Assembly: GCA_964532425.1 (NCBI GenBank)
Contig: CAZHIA010000004.1
Location: forward strand, 83,740-147,739
Length of the DNA stretch: 64,000 nt
Reading direction: 5' to 3'
Origin: an uncultured Candidatus Saccharibacteria bacterium
GTDB taxonomy: Bacteria; Patescibacteriota; Doudnabacteria; UBA920
Positions within the stretch are counted from its first letter, which is position 1, and each line of letters starts with the position of its first letter. This document shows, in pieces, positions 36,640-46,093 of the stretch. The notes beneath the pieces were generated by a model, which was given only the letters and a program-made list of their open reading frames with translations, searched no databases and was not told the DNA's origin. The position numbers and the translations under genes are program-made.

Positions 36640-36830
36640 TCTCGCTTCGCGAGCCACCTTCCCTATCCGCCAGCTGGCGGAGGGAAGGAATACTGCAGAT
36701 TGCAGTCACTCTCCCCCTTCCCGCAAGTCCGCCGAAGTCCGCCGCGGCGGACGAAGGCGGATAGGGGGAGTACCCTGAGCCTGCCTGCCGGTAGGCAGGC
36801 TTATCGAAGGGGGGAGGAGGTACTTTAGTA
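36640..36830. repeat. GC-rich multi-palindromic element of about 190 nt set in AT-rich intergenic DNA
   Basis: CCCTATCCGCC...GGCGGATAGGGGG long-range inverted repeat. TCCGCCAGCTGGCGGA palindrome. TCCGCCGAAGTCCGCCGCGGCGGACGAAGGCGGA. Plus the 20-mer CCTGCCTGCCGGTAGGCAGG at 36782-36801. Confidence 0.5.
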
Positions 36831-36893
36831 ATTTTTCTATCCTTCGACAGGCTCAGGACAGGTTCTTTCTATATTTCTATTTTTAAATTGTTT

Positions 36894-39569
36894 TTACCCC
36901 TTCACCCTCATCGGCACCGGGTCACCAACAGGCAACGCGCGGTCAGCGGCATTTGCCGGAACTACCCGGGAGTAGTCATTTTTGACGTGCCACGAATTAT
37001 AGACTGCAGTGGAAGGATACGCGTGGCGCTGTCCCCCGCCAATCCAATACATAGTGCCGCGGTCATTGACATCAGCCCCATCCCGGTGTGCGGCGGCGCC
37101 ATCGGACAAATTTTCCGCCCGCGGTAAGGCTTGCAGTTCCGGATTGGTCACCACTAACACTGATGAGAACTTGTATCCAAGCGAGGTAAAGACTTTGGAA
37201 GAAACGAAACCATAACGCTGCCCGCTGCTGATCAAGTACACGGTCTGGTCTTCTTTCGATTTGACCAGAGCCCCATCCTGGGGCAGAACCAAGCCACCCT
37301 CTGGGAGAGCCAGATCATCAGGGGTTGCAGCCTTGGCATCAGCAAAGGCCAAACCATACGTGGCGAGCATGCCTGGATTGGTGATGCCTCTGCGATACCC
37401 TTCAGAAACAATATAGATAGTTCCTGACGCATTAATCAGGCGCAAGGACGTAGCCGAAACCTGAGACGGCGTGCTGTGATCCGGGCGGTATTGGGGCATG
37501 GCCACCACGCCTGTGACGGCAGGCACCGGAGCTGCTGCCGTACCCTGCTGGCCTTCGACCGAAGGGGTCACGGATACACCCACACCGGTCGCAGTCTTGC
37601 CGCTGCGCGTTATGGGGAAAGCGGCATAGTAATACAGCGAACCGTTGGTCAGGCTGGTATCTACAAAGGAGTCACCTGTTCCCTCGTACACGATGGTACC
37701 GTATACAGGCAGCGCCGGCGTACCGTTCTGGCTGCGTGAGATAATAGTGCGAACCGTATCACCATCGCTCGGCTTAAGCCAGCGCAGGCGTACCTGGCCG
37801 TCGCTGCCGGTCGCGGTAAAGCCCTGAATCTGCGGAGCCGATCCGGCTACCTGCGCCCCGCTGACTGGTATGGAGAACCTGGCTTCCGTGGCTGGAGCGC
37901 CGTTTCTCTCTACGATAACTTTGGCCGTATATACGCCCGGCGCGGAATAGCTGCACAAGCCGGAAGCGGTTTTGATCGGGCTCGCATCGTTTAGAACCCT
38001 CATATCAGCCGGGGTGGAGGTGGATGTGGAAGTATCAGGCCGGTTGCAATAAAAATAGAAATTAGCCGGTCCTGTTGCCGTACCGGACGGCACGGCGGTC
38101 AGGTTCACGCTGGAAACAGGAGCGACCCCGGAAGACGGAGCAGCCGAAAGCACGACACTCGAAGTAATACCGCTCGTATTCGACGAGACAGCAATAGAGA
38201 CACGAGCTTCGGCTGCAGGAGCCGAGCCGCGCTTCATAATGACTTTGGCCGTATAAATACCTGCCGTATCGTACCGGCACAATCCGTTCACTGTCTTGAT
38301 TGTGTTCAAATCGCCGGTGAATTTAGCATCCGGTTCAATGGTCGTAGTCGTGTCACTGTCCTTGCGATTGCAGTAGAAATAGTAATCTACATACCCCTTG
38401 GCCGTTCCTGACGGTGTAGCGGTCAGAGTTACACCCGTAAGTGGGGATTTACCCGACGTAACACTGGTAACCAAATTCGCCGAGAGTGTTTCGGAAATAG
38501 TGGGCGGCGTCGTAGTATTACTAACCGTCACGATGGTCGTGAATTCCGGCGACAGGTTGCCGTCAACGTCTGCAGCCTGACCGAAAATGGTATGCGTACC
38601 GTTTGCAAACAGCGTGGTATCCCAGACGTAGGAGTAGGGCGAGGCGTTGACGGTTCCGAGCGGAACGCCGTCGACTTTATACTGCACCGAAGCTATTCCC
38701 GAGGTTTTTTGATTCGGCAAGGCAGGATCAGAAACATCGGGAGTAATAGTGGCGTTATTACCGACCGTTGCTCCGGTCACCGGCAGCATAATTAAAAACG
38801 AAGGAGGTGCCGTGTCCGGCGCGGTCATACCTACGTTATTGACCGTTACCGTGATGCCGGCAAAGGTCGTAATATTACCTGCTGCATCACGGGCCACTGC
38901 AGAAATGATATGGGAGCCATTCGTGGCTGTCGTCGTATCCCAGGTCGCGCTATACGGCGTGGAGGTAAGCTCGGTCCCCACATTGGCTCCGTCGATTTTT
39001 AGCTGGACTCCCCCCATCCCGGATGTAATCTGATCAGGAGCAGCGGGGTCCGTAGAAGACGCGGTGACCGTCACCGAACCGGACAGCGTGGTTCCAACCA
39101 CAGGACTAGTAAACTCCACGACCGGCGCGGTAGTGTCAGAAGCTTTTCCTGTAGTCGTAAAAGTGACGATATTAGAAATATCAGAAACGCTGCCGGCCTC
39201 ATCCTTGCTCTTAATGGCCACCGCATACAGGGTTCCCGGATCCAGTCCAACCAGCGTGTACGTTTCCTGCCGACCCGGCTGCATCGGCACGGGAAGGCCG
39301 GAGGCTTTGGTAGCCGTAGCAAAACCGTCGGCAGTGATGGCGGTTGGGGCATAGCGCAGGTCAAAACTGGAAGGCATGCCAAGCGTTCCGTTATCCGAGG
39401 GCGTCGTAAACGTAACGTCGGCCGCCTTCTGCGTGACATTCGTCACCTTCACGTCCGAAATGGCATACGGCGCCGTACTATCAACCGCCGCCTGTGCAGT
39501 CATGCCCAAATATGGCAACACCGAACCTACGGCAATGCTTATGCATAGAAATTTGAAGAATCTTTTCAT
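36894..39569 (-). CDS. Large secreted cell-surface protein with an FN3-like N-terminal domain, tandem bacterial Ig-like domains, two PKD-like domains (YYFYCNR...GLCRYDTAGIYTAKV, repeated) and a C-terminal beta-rich domain
   Basis: Signal peptide MKRFFKFLCISIAVGSVLPYLGMTAQA. Internally repeated segments are visible by eye (SGSVTVTASS.DPA...Y.Y.WDTT...NGSH.I twice; YYFYCNR twice). Confidence 0.7.
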   Translation of the reverse strand: MKRFFKFLCISIAVGSVLPYLGMTAQAAVDSTAPYAISDVKVTNVTQKAADVTFTTPSDNGTLGMPSSFDLRYAPTAITADGFATATKASGLPVPMQPGRQETYTLVGLDPGTLYAVAIKSKDEAGSVSDISNIVTFTTTGKASDTTAPVVEFTSPVVGTTLSGSVTVTASSTDPAAPDQITSGMGGVQLKIDGANVGTELTSTPYSATWDTTTATNGSHIISAVARDAAGNITTFAGITVTVNNVGMTAPDTAPPSFLIMLPVTGATVGNNATITPDVSDPALPNQKTSGIASVQYKVDGVPLGTVNASPYSYVWDTTLFANGTHTIFGQAADVDGNLSPEFTTIVTVSNTTTPPTISETLSANLVTSVTSGKSPLTGVTLTATPSGTAKGYVDYYFYCNRKDSDTTTTIEPDAKFTGDLNTIKTVNGLCRYDTAGIYTAKVIMKRGSAPAAEARVSIAVSSNTSGITSSVVLSAAPSSGVAPVSSVNLTAVPSGTATGPANFYFYCNRPDTSTSTSTPADMRVLNDASPIKTASGLCSYSAPGVYTAKVIVERNGAPATEARFSIPVSGAQVAGSAPQIQGFTATGSDGQVRLRWLKPSDGDTVRTIISRSQNGTPALPVYGTIVYEGTGDSFVDTSLTNGSLYYYAAFPITRSGKTATGVGVSVTPSVEGQQGTAAAPVPAVTGVVAMPQYRPDHSTPSQVSATSLRLINASGTIYIVSEGYRRGITNPGMLATYGLAFADAKAATPDDLALPEGGLVLPQDGALVKSKEDQTVYLISSGQRYGFVSSKVFTSLGYKFSSVLVVTNPELQALPRAENLSDGAAAHRDGADVNDRGTMYWIGGGQRHAYPSTAVYNSWHVKNDYSRVVPANAADRALPVGDPVPMRVKG

Positions 39570-39599
39570 TTTATATTGATCTTAATTTTGATTTATCGG

Positions 39600-39720
39600 A
39601 AAGCGATTTATCCAAAATTACACCCTCACCTATATCCTCTCCCTTGAAAGGGAGAGGAATGGGCCCACCCCCTCTCCTAGTTATAGGAGAGGGTCGGGGT
39701 GAGGTTATTACCTCCCACAA
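39600..39720. repeat. GC-rich palindromic element (CCTCTCCCTTGAAAGGGAGAGG; CCCTCTCCTAGTTATAGGAGAGGG; CACCCTCACC...GGGGTGAGG)
   Basis: Direct reading. Three nested or adjacent hairpins. Confidence 0.45.
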
Positions 39721-39815
39721 TCATATTTCTATTGTATTTCTATTTTATTTCTTTCTGGTGTTAAATATTTTTCAATCTTTAAATCTTTCTATTATTTTCT
39801 ATTTTTAAATAAGTT

Positions 39816-41117
39816 TTACCTGCCTTGCCATGTGAATATGTAGTAGATCGTTTTCAGGATAATCTCCAGATCGAACAGCAATGACCGGCGCTTTATGTAA
39901 TACAGATCGTACTGCAGCTTCAGTTTGGTCTCTTCCAGGCTGCCGGCATAAATGTTGAGCTGGGCCCAGCCGGTAATACCCGGTTTGACCAGATGGCGCT
40001 CGTCATAGAACGGAATCTGCTCGCGCAGCTGTTCGACAATATGGGTCTGTTCCGGCCGCGGCCCGACCAGCGAAAGGTCGCCGCGAATAAGGTTAATAGC
40101 CTGCGGCAGTTCGTCGAGCCGGGTCTTACGGAAAATATTGCCGATCTTAGTTATGCGAGGATCGTTCTTTTCGGTCCAGGTATCAGTCCTGCCGCCGGAC
40201 ATGGTGCGGTACTTGTAAATGCGGAATATCCTGCCATGTTTCCCGACCCGCTCTTGGGTGAAGAGTATTGGACCCGGACTGCTGAGTTTGATAAGTATTG
40301 CCAGCAGCGGGTAGGTCACAACAAACACCACTAAGGCAACAATGCCGGCTACAATATCGATCACCCGCTTAAAAAAGCCGTACCATCGCTTCTCGCGGTA
40401 GTCGATGTTCTCGAGAAACCACGCTTCCGAAAGCTCGGAAATATACACGCGGCGAAGAAGGCTCTCGTAAAATTCCCTGCTATTTAAAAAATTTGCACCG
40501 AGGGTGCGAAGCTCGTAAAAGCGCCGCAAGACGTCCGGCCTGGCCTGAAGGTTCTCAGGTAGAATTATACTGGCGTTCCTATTAAACCCAGTCTGCTGCA
40601 AGGTCGTCTCATTCAGGTGCCCCAAGACGCGGTATCCGAGATACGTGTGACCGCCGATCTCGCGTTCCAAATCAGCCAGCTCGTTATTGAACGAGAAGAG
40701 GTAGACACCCTGGGTAAGCCGGTTCTTGAGCACGTACTTGACCAGCAGGTGCCACATAAGCATTAAAACGAATACCACGCCGATATCGAGCAAGAGAAAA
40801 CGGCGCGGGGTAATTATGAAGCTTGGCTGGAAATAAAAATACACGATGGACAACAGAAGATTGATCACCATAGCGGACACCAGGTTGATGAATACCGAGG
40901 TGTAGCGGCGGAAAACGCGCACGTCGAACAGGCTATGGATGTAGAACACGAGCATCCAAACGGCATACAAAATGCTGAACGAAGTAATGTGGATCTGAAG
41001 CTGCTGCGCATTGAGCCCGCCGGGATACCGGACAGAAATGGAGATCCACAATGCGATATACAGTAGCACCACATCGGGCAGCACCACCAGCCAAAATGAA
41101 AGAGAGTTGCGAGACAA
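39816..41117 (-). CDS. Polyprenyl-phosphate sugar-1-phosphate transferase (WbaP/WcaJ-like priming enzyme of the bacterial sugar transferase family, PF02397)
   Basis: C-terminal domain motifs SSPGPILFTQERVG, RIFRIYKYRTM and DELPQAINLIRGDLSLVGPRPE. About 5 N-terminal TM helices. Confidence 0.85.
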   Translation of the reverse strand: MSRNSLSFWLVVLPDVVLLYIALWISISVRYPGGLNAQQLQIHITSFSILYAVWMLVFYIHSLFDVRVFRRYTSVFINLVSAMVINLLLSIVYFYFQPSFIITPRRFLLLDIGVVFVLMLMWHLLVKYVLKNRLTQGVYLFSFNNELADLEREIGGHTYLGYRVLGHLNETTLQQTGFNRNASIILPENLQARPDVLRRFYELRTLGANFLNSREFYESLLRRVYISELSEAWFLENIDYREKRWYGFFKRVIDIVAGIVALVVFVVTYPLLAILIKLSSPGPILFTQERVGKHGRIFRIYKYRTMSGGRTDTWTEKNDPRITKIGNIFRKTRLDELPQAINLIRGDLSLVGPRPEQTHIVEQLREQIPFYDERHLVKPGITGWAQLNIYAGSLEETKLKLQYDLYYIKRRSLLFDLEIILKTIYYIFTWQGR

Positions 41118-41159
41118 AGGAAAATTTAAAATTTAATTATTTAAAATTGGATAATAAAC

Positions 41160-41335
41160 TGATTGTCATTGCGAGGAGGGCGAATGCATCTGAGACCGAC
41201 GAAGCAATCTGACGTATCCGGCGTCATCCCGAGTGCATCCGAGGGATCTCTTTTACAGAAAAGATTGCCGCGCCCTCGGCTGCACCTGCTTACCGGTAGG
41301 CAGGCTCGGGCTCGCAATGACACTCTCCTGTGTGT
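41160..41335. repeat. MITE-like structured element with an 11-bp terminal inverted repeat GTCATTGCGAG...CTCGCAATGAC, internal palindromes and a related 20-mer CCTGCTTACCGGTAGGCAGG
   Basis: TIR at 41165-41175 and 41318-41328. Internal GAGGGCG/CGCCCTC and TCTTTTACAGAAAAGA. Confidence 0.5.
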
Positions 41336-41348
41336 CGTTGCTTAGAAT

Positions 41349-42101
41349 TTACTTATCTAATACCAATCTAATTCTTAATATGAGAGATGCCAACCAATAC
41401 CCTTTATAATCATCTTTATACCTCTCAATCAACGTCAATTGTTTGCGAAGGAATTTCCTAAACTTATCCTTATTATAACTCGGTTGGCGATAAGCCGTAA
41501 ATATCTCTTGAAAATTACACATTTTCCCCCGCTTTCCCATTCTGAGCCACAAATCGTAGTCCTCGGCCAAATCCACCCCATCACTCACGAAGCCTCCAGC
41601 CTCCAGCGCCGCATACCGTTTGACCATAACCGTAGAAGTAAAAAACGGATTCTTATAGAGCATCCATTTCCGAATCTGCTGGTCTGTTTCCGGTCTGAAT
41701 CTTTCTATTTTTCTATTTTTATATTTTTCTATTATCCTTATGCCACCGCCACAGATAACCGCGTCCGGATTTTCCTCAAACCATCTCACCTGCTTAGTCA
41801 GTTTTTCCGCATCCGTCCATTCGTCGTCGTCATCCAAAAAAGCCACCAGGTCTCCCCCGCTCTTCTCAAGCGCCTCCTGCCTGCTTTTTATAATTCCTTG
41901 GGACGAATCGTGCCTGATCACTTTTAACTTTTCACTTTTAACTTTAAACTCCGACAAAACATCAGATGTTTTGTCGGTACTCCCATCATCCACTACCACC
42001 GCTTCAAAATCACGGAACGTCTGCCTTGAGACGCTCGCCAGCGCGCTCTGCAGGAGTTCGGCCCGATTCTTGGTTAAAATTATAACGGAGACTTTTGGCA
42101 T
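41349..42101 (-). CDS. Glycosyltransferase family 2. It carries an in-frame AT-rich repeat-derived segment (IIEKYKNRKIERF).
   Basis: GT2 N-terminal signature VSVIILTKNRAELLQSALASV...DDGSTD and a DDD motif (FLDDDDEW). Confidence 0.8.
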   Translation of the reverse strand: MPKVSVIILTKNRAELLQSALASVSRQTFRDFEAVVVDDGSTDKTSDVLSEFKVKSEKLKVIRHDSSQGIIKSRQEALEKSGGDLVAFLDDDDEWTDAEKLTKQVRWFEENPDAVICGGGIRIIEKYKNRKIERFRPETDQQIRKWMLYKNPFFTSTVMVKRYAALEAGGFVSDGVDLAEDYDLWLRMGKRGKMCNFQEIFTAYRQPSYNKDKFRKFLRKQLTLIERYKDDYKGYWLASLILRIRLVLDK

Positions 42102-42104
42102 AGG

Positions 42105-42776
42105 TTAGATAACTTTAACTTTCGGTTTAGCGGCAACACAAATAAGATGCTGGCTAAAATATCTCACCAGCAATGGCAATCGTACCACCACCACGCGATT
42201 AAACATTCTCAGCGCTCCATATGCACGAACACTCTCAAATCCGGCATTCCGGAGAGCCCGGCACAACATAGGACGGGACCACAACCGAATATGCTCAGGT
42301 TCCCCGCTTCGGCTCGGGTCGAGTAGCGGATCATGGTGTTCTTGCCGAAAGGCGAAAGCCAGCAATCTAAAAATATTAAAGGCATTCGGTGTCGAAACAA
42401 TAAACTCCCCTTCCGGAACGAGCGTTCGGAATACGGCTTCGAACAGCTCGCTCTGGGAATAAAGGTGTTCGATTACTTCGAAGCACGTAATGGTATCAAC
42501 CGGCGACTGACCCAAGGCAGGATGCCCTTCTAAGTAACCCGTGACGACCGGGATTTGATGCTCCGTTAAAAACTTCGTGTTATTTGGATTGGGATCAAGG
42601 CCGACGCAGTACCGCGCTTTGTTTTTGATGGCAGATAAGAATGATCCCGAACCGCAGCCAACATCCAGGACTGAGCGACCTGAAAAATCCTTGATTTTCA
42701 ACACCGCCTGATGCCACACCCCAAGGTGGTTTATGGCACCGTCGCTGGTTGTTTTTTTTGCATAATCAACTAGCAT
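42105..42776 (-). CDS. Class I SAM-dependent methyltransferase
   Basis: Motif I VLDVGCGSGSFL. Length about 220 aa. Confidence 0.8.
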   Translation of the reverse strand: MLVDYAKKTTSDGAINHLGVWHQAVLKIKDFSGRSVLDVGCGSGSFLSAIKNKARYCVGLDPNPNNTKFLTEHQIPVVTGYLEGHPALGQSPVDTITCFEVIEHLYSQSELFEAVFRTLVPEGEFIVSTPNAFNIFRLLAFAFRQEHHDPLLDPSRSGEPEHIRLWSRPMLCRALRNAGFESVRAYGALRMFNRVVVVRLPLLVRYFSQHLICVAAKPKVKVI

Positions 42777-42788
42777 GTCGCGTATCGA

Positions 42789-43526
42789 TTAAAGTTTTAT
42801 AAAATGAAAACACCCGCACGCGTATGATGCGCCGCTGAAGTCACTGGGATTGGCCGGTTCGACAAAATGGCCGCCATCAGTAATCCCCGAAAAGCCGGCC
42901 AAATGCAGTCCGGAAAAATACCCAAGGATGGTTTGAGGATCGTGAACGCGGTGAGCATTGAAATACACCGCTTCTCTACCAACCGGTAAGGCAAAGTATA
43001 GGTGCCCACCTGGAGCGAGGACGCGGGACAGTTCCTCGCAGGCTTTCTTGGTTCCCCACGGATCGAGTGGATCGCCGTACCTACCGAGGCCGATATGCTC
43101 GGCCACGTGCAGGCACGACAGTGACTGTACCGAATTATCCGCAAACGGCATGGACAATATACTGCCGGTGATGCATTCGAAATTGTCAAAATCCACCTGA
43201 ATGGGACGGATGTCTACGAACTGTACTTTGGTTGCTGCGCTGGCCATGGATAAAAACCGAATGGATGAACCGACGTCCACATGCAAAGACGGCTTCTGCA
43301 TTAATATATTCTTAAATGCCCACCGGTCCATGTAGACATAATGCTTGTCAAAAGTATGCGAAGCCGGGTCCTTGTCGAACAACTGGGGAAAGTATAATAA
43401 CGACATGCGGTTACCGTCTTTTTGAAGCAACTTTCTATACCTGGCTAAATCGCGTGTATACCACAATATGCCGGAAGTTGCATTTTTTGCCGTTCTGCTG
43501 ATTTTTTTGAAAATCTTTTTGACCAT
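42789..43526 (-). CDS. Putative SAM-dependent methyltransferase (DUF268-like)
   Basis: The LHVAEHIGLGRYGDPLDPWG...VLAPGGHLYFALPVG pattern is recalled from DUF268-type methyltransferases. Not verified. Confidence 0.5.
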   Translation of the reverse strand: MVKKIFKKISRTAKNATSGILWYTRDLARYRKLLQKDGNRMSLLYFPQLFDKDPASHTFDKHYVYMDRWAFKNILMQKPSLHVDVGSSIRFLSMASAATKVQFVDIRPIQVDFDNFECITGSILSMPFADNSVQSLSCLHVAEHIGLGRYGDPLDPWGTKKACEELSRVLAPGGHLYFALPVGREAVYFNAHRVHDPQTILGYFSGLHLAGFSGITDGGHFVEPANPSDFSGASYACGCFHFIKL

Positions 43527-43532
43527 GTTGGA

Positions 43533-44237
43533 TTATATTCCCTGATTGATATGTAAGGATTGCGCATGCGACCGTTCCACAAAAATGCCGTTAATGGAGG
43601 TGTCGGCGAGCTTGAGGTATCCCTGCTGCTGAAGCAGTTGGGTAATTTCACGGTCATCGCGGACGAATATGTCTTTTCGGTATTCGGCCATTTCTACAAT
43701 AATAACCTTGGGACGGAATATATTCCAGTCATTGCTCTGCAGTGCCTGCAGGTTCCACCCTTCGGTGTCGACCGACAAAAGGTCAATAGCCTGCCCGGCC
43801 GCATACTGCTGCAATATCTCCTTAAGCGTACGAATGGCTATCTGGCGGGTAGCTACTAAGCGATGCCCGAGTTTCTGATACTCGGCAGCCTCATCTTTGG
43901 AAAATGTCGATAGCGTATCCGGATCGAAGACATAAAAATCCAAAGTGCCGGATTCCGTACCCACCCCCTCGTTGACCACAATGTCACGATGGCGAACTGT
44001 TCGGAGCAACCGGCAGCGCGACTGGTCCGGTTCTATGCATATCCCTTTCCAGCCCTTCCGGTAAAAAAAATACGTGTTATTGAAATATATCGGATCATTC
44101 GCTCCCACATCCACATAAAAACCGTTTCGCTGCGGAAGAAAAAAGTCAGCTATGACGTCTTCCCCAATTTGGGCATACGATTTTTTTGTTCTAAAAATCC
44201 AATGGTGAACGGCCTTAATAAGGTTGGCGATATTCAT
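43533..44237 (-). CDS. FkbM family methyltransferase
   Basis: FYVDVGANDPIYF and a VVNEGVGTESGTLDFY-like FkbM pattern. Confidence 0.65.
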   Translation of the reverse strand: MNIANLIKAVHHWIFRTKKSYAQIGEDVIADFFLPQRNGFYVDVGANDPIYFNNTYFFYRKGWKGICIEPDQSRCRLLRTVRHRDIVVNEGVGTESGTLDFYVFDPDTLSTFSKDEAAEYQKLGHRLVATRQIAIRTLKEILQQYAAGQAIDLLSVDTEGWNLQALQSNDWNIFRPKVIIVEMAEYRKDIFVRDDREITQLLQQQGYLKLADTSINGIFVERSHAQSLHINQGI

Positions 44238-45145
44238 ATATTGTTTATGATTGTTAAGAGCTGGCGTGCGGAGGCTTCGTTGGTGAATCGGTCCAAAGAA
44301 TATTCCCGTGGCTTGAAGTTTACAAGGTTCGAAACAAATTGTGCATATACCCCAGGAAATTCGATCCAGTCACGAAAGAACATGCCTGACTTTTCCGACA
44401 AATACGGAGCTGCAAGCCCCGCCGTATCCCATCGGTACTGTCCCCACTCGGCATACCCGCGGTCCCACACGAGCGTCGGAACATCCCCCATCCAGGCTTC
44501 GTGCAATGCCAATCCCTGGCTTTCCGATTGGCTCAAATAAATGCCATAGTCGCACCGAGACAGGGCGGAAAAGTACTCGGCTTGACGGAAGGTGCCGTAG
44601 CGCAATACTGTAACGCTCTTTCCCTGGCGTGCTAGGAAATCTACTATGTTGCGAAACAGCTCTTCAGGCCCGTTCTTTTGGAATACAAGCACTTCCCCGC
44701 CCGGCTTGCGCAATACCCCGCGGTCCTCCACTCCCGCTGGCCAGACTTTAAGTTTCTGTCTGAACTCCGGCACCAAGGATGACCACCAATCTACTGACCA
44801 TTGTGCCGGAACGATATAAGCGTCTATTTCCGGTCGCAAGATCAGACGGCCTTGCTCCAGCGGGGTCACGACAATGTTCGGACCCCCAATAAGCTTACCA
44901 ATCTTGCCCGCCCGTTTTTTCTGTATAGCCCACCGGAGCGCACGCACGCCGCTCAATACGCATGCCATATCGCCACTGCTCAAAGCCGTGCTGTTGACTG
45001 CGTACGGAATCTTGAGTGCGTCAAGCCCCGCAGTCAGACTCTTCACAACGGCCTGCGGTCCGCGCACTTCCCTGCCGAGCAATCGCTTGGCCAGAGACTT
45101 CATCCGCGGCCACATATGCAAATTTTCGGTATAAAGTTGAATCAT
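44234..45145 (-). CDS. Glycosyltransferase, GT-B fold (GT4-like C-terminal motif ESQGLALHEAWMGDVPTLV)
   Basis: An E-x7-E-like motif typical of retaining GT-B enzymes. It is shorter than usual, at 303 aa. Confidence 0.5.
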   Translation of the reverse strand: MIQLYTENLHMWPRMKSLAKRLLGREVRGPQAVVKSLTAGLDALKIPYAVNSTALSSGDMACVLSGVRALRWAIQKKRAGKIGKLIGGPNIVVTPLEQGRLILRPEIDAYIVPAQWSVDWWSSLVPEFRQKLKVWPAGVEDRGVLRKPGGEVLVFQKNGPEELFRNIVDFLARQGKSVTVLRYGTFRQAEYFSALSRCDYGIYLSQSESQGLALHEAWMGDVPTLVWDRGYAEWGQYRWDTAGLAAPYLSEKSGMFFRDWIEFPGVYAQFVSNLVNFKPREYSLDRFTNEASARQLLTIINNI

Positions 45146-45154
45146 GATTTTTCC

Positions 45155-46093
45155 TTATTCTGGAAGCGCGTGTTTTGCTGCAAGCATCGGATACAAAAAT
45201 TCATGACGCGCAGGATGAACGGCCAGATACATTTCCACGCCAGGTCGCGGCTCCGCGTGTGATACAGGGACAAGGAGGTCACCGTTGCACATAAAAATGC
45301 GATACCCCATTCTTTGCACTAAAGACTGGACTTCCGCAAATTCCTTATTCTTGAAATTGCGACCGGGCATCTCTTTTGCCGATTCGTACCAAATCACTGG
45401 CAGATTTTTTCGAATAGTACCCAGCGCGCCTTCCAGCACTTCTCGTTCGAAACCTTCTACATCGATCTTCATAAAGTCCGGCAGCCGGAGGTCCTGTTCT
45501 ACAACAAAGGCATCCAAGGGCACCTGGCGGACCGTGCGCTTTTCGGCACCAGGCAGTGAGCCTAAAAATTCCGGCCTGAGCGTGGTACCCGAACCGGCTA
45601 CCACAGCCTCGCTCTGTTTCTCTTCACGACCAAGCGCTACCGGAAAAACAAAACAAAAATTTTCCAAACGGTTCAAACGGATAGCTTCCCGTTCTATTTC
45701 GTTGTATTCAGTCAACGGCTCGAACGCGTATGTCGTGACACTCCCTTTGCCTAAAAAGGACGCCATAATTCCGTAGTATCCTGTATTGGCGCCGATATCG
45801 TAAAATATGCAACTACCTTGGTTTGCCAGTGTTGACTCTAGTATATCCGAAACCAATTTTGTCCCTTCTGCCTCCACACAACCGTTTACCGCAACACCAT
45901 AAGAAATATCGCTGCGCGAAAATATATTTCCAACATACCAGAAACCCTGCGTACTTTTTGCCGCCAGCATGCGACTACCCACGCGGTTTATGGGAATTGC
46001 AATGATGTTTCGATGGATTGCTTTTTCTGCTAACCCAAGCAACTTGTAAGCGAGAGATTTCATATGTTTTTGACTACTTGCTTTGGATGGCAT
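45155..46093 (-). CDS. FkbM family methyltransferase
   Basis: FYDIGANTGYYG and MKIDVEGFEREVL motifs. The start of the track ORF (46111) is a TTG, so the start is placed at the first ATG (MPSKA). The start is uncertain. Confidence 0.65.
   Translation of the reverse strand: MPSKASSQKHMKSLAYKLLGLAEKAIHRNIIAIPINRVGSRMLAAKSTQGFWYVGNIFSRSDISYGVAVNGCVEAEGTKLVSDILESTLANQGSCIFYDIGANTGYYGIMASFLGKGSVTTYAFEPLTEYNEIEREAIRLNRLENFCFVFPVALGREEKQSEAVVAGSGTTLRPEFLGSLPGAEKRTVRQVPLDAFVVEQDLRLPDFMKIDVEGFEREVLEGALGTIRKNLPVIWYESAKEMPGRNFKNKEFAEVQSLVQRMGYRIFMCNGDLLVPVSHAEPRPGVEMYLAVHPARHEFLYPMLAAKHALPE

Noticed and set aside
36259-36828. 189-aa plus-strand ORF spanning the pilB 5' end and the GC-rich palindromic element
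   Set aside because: The translation is low-complexity (Arg/Pro-rich) and is driven by the GC-rich repeat. It overlaps the pilB start and shows no start-codon context.
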